DNA of 64,000 nucleotides from the NCBI GenBank assembly GCA_934091055.1, contig CAKOKN010000005.1, positions 58-64,057 on the forward strand. Reading direction: 5' to 3'. The notes under the pieces are model-generated. The model had not been told where the DNA came from and did no database searches. It worked only from the letters and a program-made list of their open reading frames with translations. Each line of letters opens with the position of its first letter. Position 1 is the first letter of the stretch. This document shows, piece by piece, positions 1 to 7,701 of this stretch. Made by a program: the position numbers and the translations under genes. The DNA comes from an uncultured Bacilli bacterium. Lineage in GTDB: Bacteria; Bacillota_I; Bacilli_A; RF39; UBA660.

Positions 1-1277
1 CTGATGACGATGAGGCTAAAGCTGGACTTATGTCTAATTTTGCTTTATCAGAGGTTCAATCTCAGGCTATCCTTGATATGAGATTGAAGAGACTTACTGG
101 ACTTGAAAAATCTAAAATTGAAGAAGAGATTGCTGAACTTGAGAAATTAGTTAAGGAATTAGAAGAAATATTAGCTAGTGAAGAGAAGATTCTTGAGGTT
201 ATTAAGACTGAAATGCTTGAAATCAAAGATAAATATGCTGATGAGAGAAGAACACATATTGATATGACTGCTATTGATTATATTGAAGATGAATCTTTAA
301 TTCCTGTTGAGAATGTTGTTATTACTTTAACTAATAAGGGGTATATTAAGAGATTACCTGCTGATACTTATAAAACTCAAAATAGAGGTGGTATGGGTGT
401 TAAAGGTATGGCTACTAATGAAGAGGATTTTGTAGAGCATTTGATTAATGCTACTAGTCATGATTATATTCTTATGTTTACTAATAAGGGAAAGGTATAT
501 AGAATTAAGGGTTATGAGATTCCTGAGTACAGTAGACAATCTAAGGGCTTACCTATTATTAATTTATTATCTTTAGATAAAGATGAAAAGGTTACTTCTT
601 TATTGAAAATATCTAATGATGATGAATACAAATGTTTAGTATTTGCTACTAAAAGCGGTTTAATTAAAAGGACTGATATATCTGAATTTGATAGTATTAG
701 AACTAATGGTAAGAAATTTATTACTTTAAAAGATGATGATGAACTTGTATCTGTTAAAAAGACTACTGGTAATGATGAGATATTGATGGCTTCTTCTAAT
801 GGTAGAATGGTTAGATTTAATGAAAGTGCTGTTAGAATAATGGGTAGAAGTGCTTCTGGTGTTAGAGGTATTAATCTTGATGGTGGTATACTTGTTGGTA
901 TGGAGATTGTTGAACCTAATGAGTATGTACTTGTTATTACTGAAAAGGGTTATGGTAAGAAAACTCCTGTTGATGAATATAGAATTACTAATCGTGGTGG
1001 TAAAGGTGTCAAGACTGTTAATATTACTGAAAAGAATGGCTCTATAGTGGCATTTAAGACAGTTGATGACAGTAAGGATTTAATGATTATTACTGATTCT
1101 GGTATTATTATTAGATTAGCTGTTGATAAGATATCTACGATGAGTAGGGTTACTCAAGGTGTTAAACTTATTAATTTAAAAGAAGATAGTATTGTTAGTT
1201 CTACATCGATTGTTGATAGAGAAGAAGTTAATGAAGATGATATTACTGACGAAAATAGTGAAAAGGAAAGTGAATAG
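1..1277 (+). CDS. gyrA: DNA gyrase subunit A, C-terminal part (5' end outside window)
   Basis: Frame is open from the window edge. The translation shows LKRLTGLE and a coiled segment. It then has repeated beta-pinwheel blades (GYIKR, KGKVYR, SGLIKRT, NGRMVRF, KGYGKKT, SGIIIRL) and an acidic tail, typical of the GyrA CTD. Confidence 0.9.
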   Translation, partial: DDDEAKAGLMSNFALSEVQSQAILDMRLKRLTGLEKSKIEEEIAELEKLVKELEEILASEEKILEVIKTEMLEIKDKYADERRTHIDMTAIDYIEDESLIPVENVVITLTNKGYIKRLPADTYKTQNRGGMGVKGMATNEEDFVEHLINATSHDYILMFTNKGKVYRIKGYEIPEYSRQSKGLPIINLLSLDKDEKVTSLLKISNDDEYKCLVFATKSGLIKRTDISEFDSIRTNGKKFITLKDDDELVSVKKTTGNDEILMASSNGRMVRFNESAVRIMGRSASGVRGINLDGGILVGMEIVEPNEYVLVITEKGYGKKTPVDEYRITNRGGKGVKTVNITEKNGSIVAFKTVDDSKDLMIITDSGIIIRLAVDKISTMSRVTQGVKLINLKEDSIVSSTSIVDREEVNEDDITDENSEKESE

Positions 1278-1350
1278 CTTTCTTTTTTTCACTTCGAGCT
1301 ATATATTATATCTCTCAGTGTACATTAAAGCCTGTAGTCTTTAATGTAAA

Positions 1351-1380
1351 AAATGAAGCCTTTATGTCTTCATTTTTATT
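1351..1380 (+). terminator. Rho-independent terminator after gyrA
   Basis: Stem aaatgaag/cttcattt with a 9-nt loop, followed by a T-run. A second 10-bp hairpin (tacattaaag/ctttaatgta) lies at 1321-1348. Confidence 0.6.
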
Positions 1381-1392
1381 TCCCGGGAAATA
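1377..1392. promoter_or_regulatory. Noc-binding-site (NBS)-like palindrome, perfect TATTTCCCGGGAAATA
   Basis: Exact 16-bp palindrome matching the B. subtilis NBS consensus ATTTCCCGGGAAAT. Confidence 0.6.
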
Positions 1393-1413
1393 ATTAGATA
1401 AAAATATATAAAA

Positions 1414-1429
1414 TATTTCCCAGGAAATA
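1414..1429. promoter_or_regulatory. NBS-like palindrome with one central mismatch (TATTTCCCAGGAAATA)
   Basis: 15/16 identical to the site at 1377-1392, 37 bp downstream of it. Confidence 0.5.
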
Positions 1430-1522
1430 ATAAAATTTTATTAAGAGGTTGTTGATAAACGAAAAATAAAAAAATTATTTAAGGCAAACAAATGTATGCG
1501 TATTCGATAAATAATATAATAC

Positions 1523-1551
1523 TTGCAATTATTACAAATATATTGTATAAT
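1523..1551 (+). promoter_or_regulatory. sigma-A type promoter of the SRP RNA gene
   Basis: TTGCAA (1523-1528), 17-bp spacer, TATAAT (1546-1551), with the TG of an extended -10 element. Confidence 0.6.
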
Positions 1552-1556
1552 GGTAA

Positions 1557-1639
1557 TCGATACAACATTAAACAATGGAACCAAGTCAGGGACGGAAGTC
1601 AGCAGCTTTAACATTAGTTTGATGTGTGTATCTTTTTTT
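1557..1639 (+). ncRNA. ffs: Small (4.5S-type, about 80 nt) signal recognition particle RNA
   Basis: ACCAAGUCAGG-GAC-GGAA-GUC-AGCAGC matches SRP domain IV (E. coli ACCAGGUCAGGUCCGGAAGGAAGCAGC), including the GGAA tetraloop. A long hairpin is closed by GATACA(1559-1564)/TGTATC(1627-1632) and followed by a T-run. Its position upstream of tadA-dnaX-ybaB-recR resembles B. subtilis, where scr lies immediately upstream of dnaX. Confidence 0.85.
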
Positions 1640-1640
1640 A

Positions 1641-1656
1641 TGTTCCACGTGGAACA
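1641..1656. promoter_or_regulatory. parS site 1 (TGTTCCACGTGGAACA)
   Basis: Matches the ParB/Spo0J parS consensus TGTTNCACGTGAAACA. It sits inside a longer palindrome, roughly 1634-1664. Confidence 0.8.
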
Positions 1657-1739
1657 TAAAAAAAATGTTAGATACATATTTATATTTACTGTATTATTTG
1701 TTTTCACATCTTTTTTAATATTACTTAATGATTCTACTA

Positions 1740-1755
1740 TGTTTCACGTGAAACA
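1740..1755. promoter_or_regulatory. parS site 2 (TGTTTCACGTGAAACA)
   Basis: Perfect palindrome matching the parS consensus. Confidence 0.8.
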
Positions 1756-1875
1756 TATATTATAATTGTGTTTAAGTTTATATTATTTATTTAGAATAAT
1801 TTATTTATTGCTTTAATGAGTATATGTAGATTTAATAATATCTTTTCTCGAAATACAGGAATAAATTAATTTTTA

Positions 1876-1891
1876 TGTTCCACGTGAAACA
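1876..1891. promoter_or_regulatory. parS site 3 (TGTTCCACGTGAAACA)
   Basis: Identical to the canonical B. subtilis parS 16-mer. Confidence 0.8.
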
Positions 1892-1997
1892 TAATTAAAC
1901 ATTTTGTATATAATTAGAATTGTTATTGTATTTATAAATATTGTTTTATTAAGGTATATGTGAAATTAAATAATATGTAAATAGTTATAAATATCTA

Positions 1998-2013
1998 TGT
2001 TCCACGTGAAACA
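1998..2013. promoter_or_regulatory. parS site 4 (TGTTCCACGTGAAACA)
   Basis: Identical to the canonical parS 16-mer. The flanks extend the palindrome (atatctatg...catagatat). Confidence 0.8.
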
Positions 2014-2087
2014 TAGATATTATTAAAAATTGTCGCATTTAAAATTTATTTAGTACATCACTCAACGAAATGCTATTAAGTATTTTA

Positions 2088-2103
2088 TGTTCCACGTGGA
2101 ACA
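2088..2103. promoter_or_regulatory. parS site 5 (TGTTCCACGTGGAACA)
   Basis: Perfect palindrome built from two TGTTCCAC half sites. Confidence 0.8.
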
Positions 2104-2208
2104 TAAAGATTTTTATAATACTTTAATGTGTGAGTAATTATGATAATAAATATTTTTTATGTAATTTAACTATTGCATGTTTTTTATTACAATATTACAT
2201 TAATACAA

Positions 2209-2224
2209 TGTTTCACGTGAAACA
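2209..2224. promoter_or_regulatory. parS site 6 (TGTTTCACGTGAAACA)
   Basis: Perfect palindrome; the flanks tacaa/ttgta extend it. Confidence 0.8.
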
Positions 2225-2395
2225 TTGTATTAAAAGCTTTTATACCATAGACATAATTTAATAGGATTGTTAAAAATAATATAATTTGAATTTAATTATT
2301 AGATATATAAAATATCAGTATTTAATATAAATAGTATAATTAAAAAAAATATATTTTATCTTGTTTTTAAGGAGTTAAATACAAACTTAATTGTA

Positions 2396-2411
2396 TGTTC
2401 CACGTGGAACA
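2396..2411. promoter_or_regulatory. parS site 7 (TGTTCCACGTGGAACA)
   Basis: Perfect palindrome matching the parS consensus. Confidence 0.8.
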
Positions 2412-2473
2412 TACTTTTTTTATAATTCTAAATTTTAGAGTGTATGTAAAAATAATTTAATTAAATTATCTTA

Positions 2474-2489
2474 TGTTTCACGTGAAACA
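2474..2489. promoter_or_regulatory. parS site 8 (TGTTTCACGTGAAACA)
   Basis: Perfect palindrome matching the parS consensus. Confidence 0.8.
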
Positions 2490-2510
2490 TAATACGAAAT
2501 TTTAAAAATA

Positions 2511-2640
2511 AATTTTGAAGGTGTCAAAAGTATATTTTAAAGGTTTCAAAAATATGTTTTGAGGTATCGAAAAAGTAATTTTGAAAAAATGCTCGAAAAT
2601 ACATTTTTGAGGTGTGAAAAAACGTGTTTTGAATTAATAA
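2511..2640 (+). repeat. Degenerate 22-26 bp tandem (iteron-like) array, 5-6 units, core TTTTGA-GGTNTC-(G)AAAA
   Basis: The units read ttttgaaggtgtcaaaagtat, attttaaaggtttcaaaaatatg, ttttgaggtatcgaaaaagtaa, ttttgaaaaaatgctcgaaaatacat, ttttgaggtgtgaaaaaacgtg and ttttgaatt. All are in the same orientation, between parS 8 and parS 9. Confidence 0.7.
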
Positions 2641-2650
2641 TGTATTTATA

Positions 2651-2666
2651 TGTTTCACGTGGAACA
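2651..2666. promoter_or_regulatory. parS site 9 (TGTTTCACGTGGAACA)
   Basis: Reverse orientation of the canonical 16-mer; about 70 bp upstream of the tadA start. Confidence 0.8.
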
Positions 2667-2734
2667 TATAAAATATTTTGAGATTTAACAATTATATATT
2701 AGAATGAAATTAGATTTGAAGTTGGAGTGATATT

Positions 2735-3160
2735 GTGAAAAATAATTTTATGAAAATTGCTTTACAAGAAGCTGAAATAGGTTTTGACAATCAGGAGATA
2801 CCAGTTGGATGTGTTGTTGTTAAAGATGGTGTTGTACTATCTTCTTCTCATAATAGAAAAGAAGATAGTAAGAATGCAATTATGCATGCTGAAATTATAG
2901 CTATTGAGGAAGCTTGTCATATACTTAATAGTTGGAGACTTGATGAATGCGAATTATATGTTACATTAGAGCCTTGTATGATGTGTATGGGAGCGATCTT
3001 AGAAAGTAGAATAAAAAAAGTGTATTTTGGAACAAAAAACAATAGCGAACAAATGTACGATTTTGATAGAATTTCAAAATGTGTTGATATGTACAATTTA
3101 AAAGATAGTGAATGTTCTAAAATTTTATCTGATTTTTTTAAAAATAAACGAAAAAATTGA
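2735..3160 (+). CDS. tadA: tRNA-specific adenosine deaminase
   Basis: CMP/dCMP deaminase zinc motifs HAE and PCxMC. GTG start after the RBS ggagtga. Lies upstream of dnaX, as in Bacillus. Confidence 0.85.
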   Translation: MKNNFMKIALQEAEIGFDNQEIPVGCVVVKDGVVLSSSHNRKEDSKNAIMHAEIIAIEEACHILNSWRLDECELYVTLEPCMMCMGAILESRIKKVYFGTKNNSEQMYDFDRISKCVDMYNLKDSECSKILSDFFKNKRKN

Positions 3161-3209
3161 TTTTTATTTTGCTTTTTTATGATATAATATAGTTTGTGAG
3201 GAGGCAATT

Positions 3210-4847
3210 GTGAGTTATTTAGCATTATATAGGAAATATAGACCGATAAAATTTAATGACATATATGGTCAAGAAGAGATAGTTACTGTTTTAAAAAATG
3301 CAATTATGGGAAATAAAGTGTCTCACGCATATTTGTTTTCAGGTCCAAGAGGAACTGGAAAAACAACTATTGCTAAAATTATTGCAAGATTAGTTAATTG
3401 TGAAAGTCCAATTGATGGTGATGCTTGTGGAAAGTGTTATAGTTGCCTTAATTTTTTAAACAGTAGTGATATTGTTGAAATAGATGCTGCTTCTAATAAT
3501 GGCGTTGATGAGATCAGAGAACTTCGTGATAAAATTAATCTTGTACCAACATCTTCTAAGTATAAAGTATATATTATCGATGAAGTTCATATGCTTACTA
3601 ATCAAGCATTTAATGCTTTATTAAAAACGTTAGAAGAGCCTCCAAGCCATGTTATTTTCATTCTTGCAACTACTGAACCGCATAAAATACCTTTAACTAT
3701 CGCATCTAGATGTCAAAAATTTAGATTTTCTAAGATTAGTGATAACAAGATTGTTGATAGATTGAAAGACATTTCTAAAAATGAAAATATTTCAATTAGT
3801 GATGATGCTTTATTTGAAATAGCAAGAATTTCAGATGGTGGTATGCGTGATGCAATTAATATGTTAGATCAATTAGTAGCTTTTACCAATTCAAAAATAA
3901 CTTTAGATGATATTTATTCTGTTAATGGAACGGTTTCCTATTCTGATTTGTTTGATTTGTTAAAAAACATTAAGGCAAATGACAAAGTGAAAATAATAGA
4001 TTTTATTGATCATTTTGACATCGATGGAAAGGAAATTAACAGATTCGTTTCTGAATTGATTATTTTTGTTAAAGATATTATTTTATATAAAAATACTGGA
4101 AAGCTTTCTGAAGTTGTTGATAAAAATGATGCTATAAAGAAAATTGATGAAATCTTTTCTGATGATGAATTATATATTTTCATAGAGATGTTAAATGATA
4201 CACAAAATAAAATGAAAAATTCTACTCATAGTTCTATAATTTTAATGACTTCTTTATTAAAGTTTTCAGATAATAATTACCATTTTGTGAAAAATGAAAA
4301 TCAAGGAGATATTATTTCTGAAGAAAATATTAGAATAGAATCTACAGTAAAAAAAGATGTTAATAATATTTCACAAAGTAATAATTTACCTGATGAAGAG
4401 TATGAAATACGTATTAATAATGCACTGGCATTAGCTTCGAAGGATGAACTGAACAACATTAGAAGTAAATGGAAATTAATTGATAGTTATATTTTTGAAG
4501 ATGAATATTCAACTATTTCAGGGCTTTTAAAGGATTCTACAATTGTTGTTGGTTCTAATAAGTATTTAATAATTGTGAATGACTTAGATTCAGTTGTTCA
4601 AAGGATTAATAGTAATTATACAGTTGTAGATAAACTTTTAACTAAAATTTTAGGGCATAATGTTTTTTCAGTTTGTATGAGTAAGAACGATTGGAATATT
4701 AAGAAGAATGAGTACATTAATAATTTAAAAAATGGTGTAAAATATAATGTAATGGAAAAAAAACAGGTAAAATTAGAAAAGAATGATGCGTCTCCAGTTA
4801 ATATGTTAATAAACTTGGTTGGAGATAATATGATTGAGTATAAGTAA
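3210..4847 (+). CDS. dnaX: DNA polymerase III subunit gamma/tau
   Basis: Motifs SHAYLFSGPRGTGKTT (Walker A), DEVHML, a Cys-rich zinc module and SRC. GTG start after gaggagg. Confidence 0.95.
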   Translation: MSYLALYRKYRPIKFNDIYGQEEIVTVLKNAIMGNKVSHAYLFSGPRGTGKTTIAKIIARLVNCESPIDGDACGKCYSCLNFLNSSDIVEIDAASNNGVDEIRELRDKINLVPTSSKYKVYIIDEVHMLTNQAFNALLKTLEEPPSHVIFILATTEPHKIPLTIASRCQKFRFSKISDNKIVDRLKDISKNENISISDDALFEIARISDGGMRDAINMLDQLVAFTNSKITLDDIYSVNGTVSYSDLFDLLKNIKANDKVKIIDFIDHFDIDGKEINRFVSELIIFVKDIILYKNTGKLSEVVDKNDAIKKIDEIFSDDELYIFIEMLNDTQNKMKNSTHSSIILMTSLLKFSDNNYHFVKNENQGDIISEENIRIESTVKKDVNNISQSNNLPDEEYEIRINNALALASKDELNNIRSKWKLIDSYIFEDEYSTISGLLKDSTIVVGSNKYLIIVNDLDSVVQRINSNYTVVDKLLTKILGHNVFSVCMSKNDWNIKKNEYINNLKNGVKYNVMEKKQVKLEKNDASPVNMLINLVGDNMIEYK

Positions 4848-4862
4848 AGGAGAATGATAAAA

Positions 4863-5159
4863 ATGAATATGCAAAATATAATGCTTCAAGCAAAAAAGAT
4901 GCAAAAGGATATTGAAAAATCTCAGAAAGAATTAGAAGATAAAATTTATGAGGGTGAATCTCAATTAGTTAGTGTTAAAATGAACGGTAAAGGAAAAATA
5001 GTTTCTGTGAACGTTAATATGGAGAACTTTTCTTCTGATGATAAGGAAATATTAGAAGATATGATTTTAATTGCCATAAACAATGCTGTTGATAAGGTTG
5101 AGTCTGATAAAGAAGAGAAGTTTGGAAAATATGGAAAGATGTTTAATGGATTGATGTAA
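4863..5159 (+). CDS. ybaB: YbaB/EbfC family nucleoid-associated protein
   Basis: About 100 aa, with NMQNIMLQAKKMQ and ILEDMILIAINNA motifs, in dnaX-ybaB-recR synteny. The ATG at 4863 has better spacing from AGGAG than the one at 4854. Confidence 0.85.
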   Translation: MNMQNIMLQAKKMQKDIEKSQKELEDKIYEGESQLVSVKMNGKGKIVSVNVNMENFSSDDKEILEDMILIAINNAVDKVESDKEEKFGKYGKMFNGLM

Positions 5160-5160
5160 T

Positions 5161-5754
5161 ATGTATCCCAATAGTGTAAAAAATTTAGTAGAATGTTTTA
5201 GAGATTTGCCCGGCATTGGTGAAAAAACCGCTGAAAGACTTACATTTTCACTTATGAACTTTGATAAAGAACGATTAACTTCATTTTCTGAAGCGATTAT
5301 TGATTTAAGAGATAAAATTGTAAATTGTAAGATATGTGGTAATATTAGTGAAAATGATGTTTGTGAAATTTGTTCTGATTTTTCTAGGAATGATAAAATT
5401 ATTTTCGTTGTAGAAAAGGCAAAAGATATATCATTATTTGAAAAAATAAATGTTTATAATGGAAAATATCATGTTTTAGGAGGCCTTATTTCTCCACTTG
5501 AAGGTATAGGCCCTGAAGATATTAATATGAATAGTTTAATTGATCGTATTGATAAATACAATGTTGATGAATTAATATTAGCTTTAAAACCTTCTATTGA
5601 AGGAGAAACTACTATGCAGTATATAAAGAAGCTATTGGGAAATAAAAAAATTAGAGTTACTAGAATTGCAACTGGTATTCCTATGGGAACTGATATTGAA
5701 TATATTGATCCAATGACTTTGGAGTTTGCTTTAGAAGGAAGAAAAGACATATAA
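5161..5754 (+). CDS. recR: Recombination protein RecR
   Basis: LPGIGEKTAERL helix-hairpin-helix, a C4 zinc finger (CKICGNxxxxxVCEIC) and a Toprim domain. Confidence 0.95.
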   Translation: MYPNSVKNLVECFRDLPGIGEKTAERLTFSLMNFDKERLTSFSEAIIDLRDKIVNCKICGNISENDVCEICSDFSRNDKIIFVVEKAKDISLFEKINVYNGKYHVLGGLISPLEGIGPEDINMNSLIDRIDKYNVDELILALKPSIEGETTMQYIKKLLGNKKIRVTRIATGIPMGTDIEYIDPMTLEFALEGRKDI

Positions 5755-5790
5755 TTTATTGTTTTTCATATAAATTAATAGGGTGAAAAA

Positions 5791-5976
5791 ATGATAAAAA
5801 AAGTATTCTTTTTGATAAAAAAAATTATTATAGGCTTTCTTTTTATATATGCTTATAATATTATTGTATTTCCTATAAATGCTGTAATTCCAATTAATAT
5901 TTTTACAGTAATATTAGTTATATTATTTGGATTTCCTGCTTTGATTGGTATATCTTTATTTCCATTTTTATTTTAA
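5791..5976 (+). CDS. bofA: BofA-like small membrane protein (pro-sigma-K processing inhibitor family)
   Basis: Two TM segments. The IPINIFTVILVILFGFPALIG motif resembles B. subtilis BofA VPINLVTTAISGILGIPG. recR-bofA synteny. Confidence 0.55.
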   Translation: MIKKVFFLIKKIIIGFLFIYAYNIIVFPINAVIPINIFTVILVILFGFPALIGISLFPFLF

Positions 5977-5990
5977 TGAGGTGATTTAAA

Positions 5991-6929
5991 ATGCTTGATA
6001 AGTATAAAGTTGGACAACCTTTGGTTTATTCTATGCTCAATAATGCTATTGATAATGATAAATTATCTCACGCTTATTTATTTGATGCTAATGGGAATGA
6101 TGAAGTTTATGATATTATTTATTCGTTTGTTAAAACGATATTTTGTAGAAACATTTCTGATGAAGAAAAGATTAAAAATATTTGTAGAAGAATTGATGAT
6201 GGAAACTATATTGATCTTAAGATTATTGAACCAGATGGTTTATGGGTAAAAAAAGAACAAATTTTAGATTTACAAAATGAATTTAGTAAAAGAGCTATTG
6301 AAGGAGATAGAAAAATTTATATTATAAAATCTGCTGATAAAATGAATACTCAAACGGCTAATTCTATTTTGAAATTTTTAGAAGAACCAGTAGATGATAT
6401 TGTTGCAATCTTGGTTGTTGATAATATTAATTTGGTTTTGCCAACAATTTTATCTAGATGTCAAATTGTAAAATTAAATAAAAATAGAAAAGATAGTCTT
6501 TCCAATGTTTTTTCTTTCTTAGATTGTTCTCAAAAATATAAAAATATTGAATTAGAAACACAAAAAAAAATAATAGAAGATGTTCTTGAATTTATAATGT
6601 ATATTGAAAATAATAATTTAGATACTTTAATTTATATTAAAAAGTATTGGCATAATAAATTTAAAGATAGGGATTTAAATATTATTGCTGTTGATCTTAT
6701 GATTAATTTCTATTATACTGTTATTAAATATACTTCTAATATAAATATTGACTTTTTTTGTGATAATAAAGATATTTTAAAAATGGTTGCTGATAAAAAT
6801 GATATTATGAGATTAGTAAATAAAATAGAGGTCTTAGATAATATTAAAAGTAATTTGAAGAGAAATTCAAATATTGGACTTAGTATTGATAAGATGGTTA
6901 TAGATATGTGTGGTGAGATTTATGATTGA
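5991..6929 (+). CDS. holB: DNA polymerase III subunit delta'
   Basis: LSHAYLF, an AAA-like clamp-loader fold, LKFLEEP and the SRC motif (LSRCQ). Confidence 0.85.
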   Translation: MLDKYKVGQPLVYSMLNNAIDNDKLSHAYLFDANGNDEVYDIIYSFVKTIFCRNISDEEKIKNICRRIDDGNYIDLKIIEPDGLWVKKEQILDLQNEFSKRAIEGDRKIYIIKSADKMNTQTANSILKFLEEPVDDIVAILVVDNINLVLPTILSRCQIVKLNKNRKDSLSNVFSFLDCSQKYKNIELETQKKIIEDVLEFIMYIENNNLDTLIYIKKYWHNKFKDRDLNIIAVDLMINFYYTVIKYTSNINIDFFCDNKDILKMVADKNDIMRLVNKIEVLDNIKSNLKRNSNIGLSIDKMVIDMCGEIYD

Positions 6930-7701
6930 TACAGTTGGTGTTAGAATTAATGATGTTGGAAAAATTGTTTTTGTTGATATTAATAATTTAGATTTAAAAA
7001 AAGAACTTGCTGTTATTGTTGAATTTGATAAAGGTTTACAATACGCTACAATAGTAGACTTTTTTAAGAAAAATGAAAACAGTGTAACTGGAAAGGTTAT
7101 TAGAGTAGCTACAAAAAAAGATTATTTACAACATTTAAAAAATCAGGAATTGGCAGAGAAAGCTTTAATTGAATGTAAAAAAATGGTTCAGAAAAATAAA
7201 TTAAATATGTCAATAATTGATGCTGTGTACAGTTTTGATAGGAATCAATTATTATTTAGATTTCTCTCTGATGAAAGAGTTGATTTTAGGCAACTTGCTA
7301 AAACACTTGGCGCTAAATTAAAGACGAGGATAGAACTTCGACAAATTGGAGTAAGAGATAAAGCTAAGGAAATTGGTGGTGTTGGTCCTTGTGGTAGATT
7401 GCTTTGCTGTAGTACTTTTTTAACTTCTTTTAGCACAGTTTCTATAAATATGGCTAAAAATCAGGGATTGGCATTAAATCCTTCAAAAATTAATGGTGTT
7501 TGTGGAAGACTCCTATGTTGTTTGAATTATGAAAATGAAGAGTATACTAAAGCAAAAAAGAATATTCCGGATGTTGGTAAAAAAGTGAATGTAAAGAATA
7601 AAGAGGGAAAGGTTGTTTCCTCAGAACCGTTAAAGGGGAAATATAAGGTGATCGTTGATAATGAAATGATGGAAGTTGATGTAAATGATAGTAAAAAATA
7701 G
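6922..7701 (+). CDS. ricT: PSP1 domain protein YaaT/RicT (stage 0 sporulation protein)
   Basis: PSP1 C-terminal motifs GPCGRLLCC and GVCGRLLCCL. Follows holB, as in Bacillus. An alternative GTG start lies at 6910. Confidence 0.85.
   Translation: MIDTVGVRINDVGKIVFVDINNLDLKKELAVIVEFDKGLQYATIVDFFKKNENSVTGKVIRVATKKDYLQHLKNQELAEKALIECKKMVQKNKLNMSIIDAVYSFDRNQLLFRFLSDERVDFRQLAKTLGAKLKTRIELRQIGVRDKAKEIGGVGPCGRLLCCSTFLTSFSTVSINMAKNQGLALNPSKINGVCGRLLCCLNYENEEYTKAKKNIPDVGKKVNVKNKEGKVVSSEPLKGKYKVIVDNEMMEVDVNDSKK

Noticed and set aside
1441-1765. ORF-track entries 1441-1707 (-) and 1523-1765 (+)
   Set aside because: They overlap the SRP RNA and parS sites, lack RBSs and have low-complexity translations. 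They are explained by the RNA gene and non-coding DNA.
1640-2667. Regularly spaced palindromic repeats that could be mistaken for a CRISPR array
   Set aside because: The repeats are only 16-18 bp and fully palindromic. The spacers are 60-170 bp and of variable length. No cas genes or leader are present. The sequence equals the parS consensus.
1280-2734. oriC-like replication origin in the long AT-rich non-coding gap near gyrA
   Set aside because: I found no cluster of DnaA boxes (TTATCCACA/TGTGGATAA). There is only one weak two-mismatch match (gttttcaca, near 1700). There is no adjacent dnaA or dnaN in the window.
1278-2734. Expected rRNA/tRNA operon downstream of gyrA, as in several Firmicutes
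   Set aside because: No 16S/23S/5S conserved blocks or tRNA cloverleaf-like GC-rich segments are visible. The only structured RNA is the SRP RNA.
4340-4770. A-runs in dnaX (A7 near 4348, A8 near 4755) as possible gamma/tau programmed frameshift sites
   Set aside because: There is no downstream stimulatory hairpin or slippery heptamer of the A-AAA-AAG type followed by a nearby out-of-frame stop at a sensible position. Such runs are expected by chance in this AT-rich genome.
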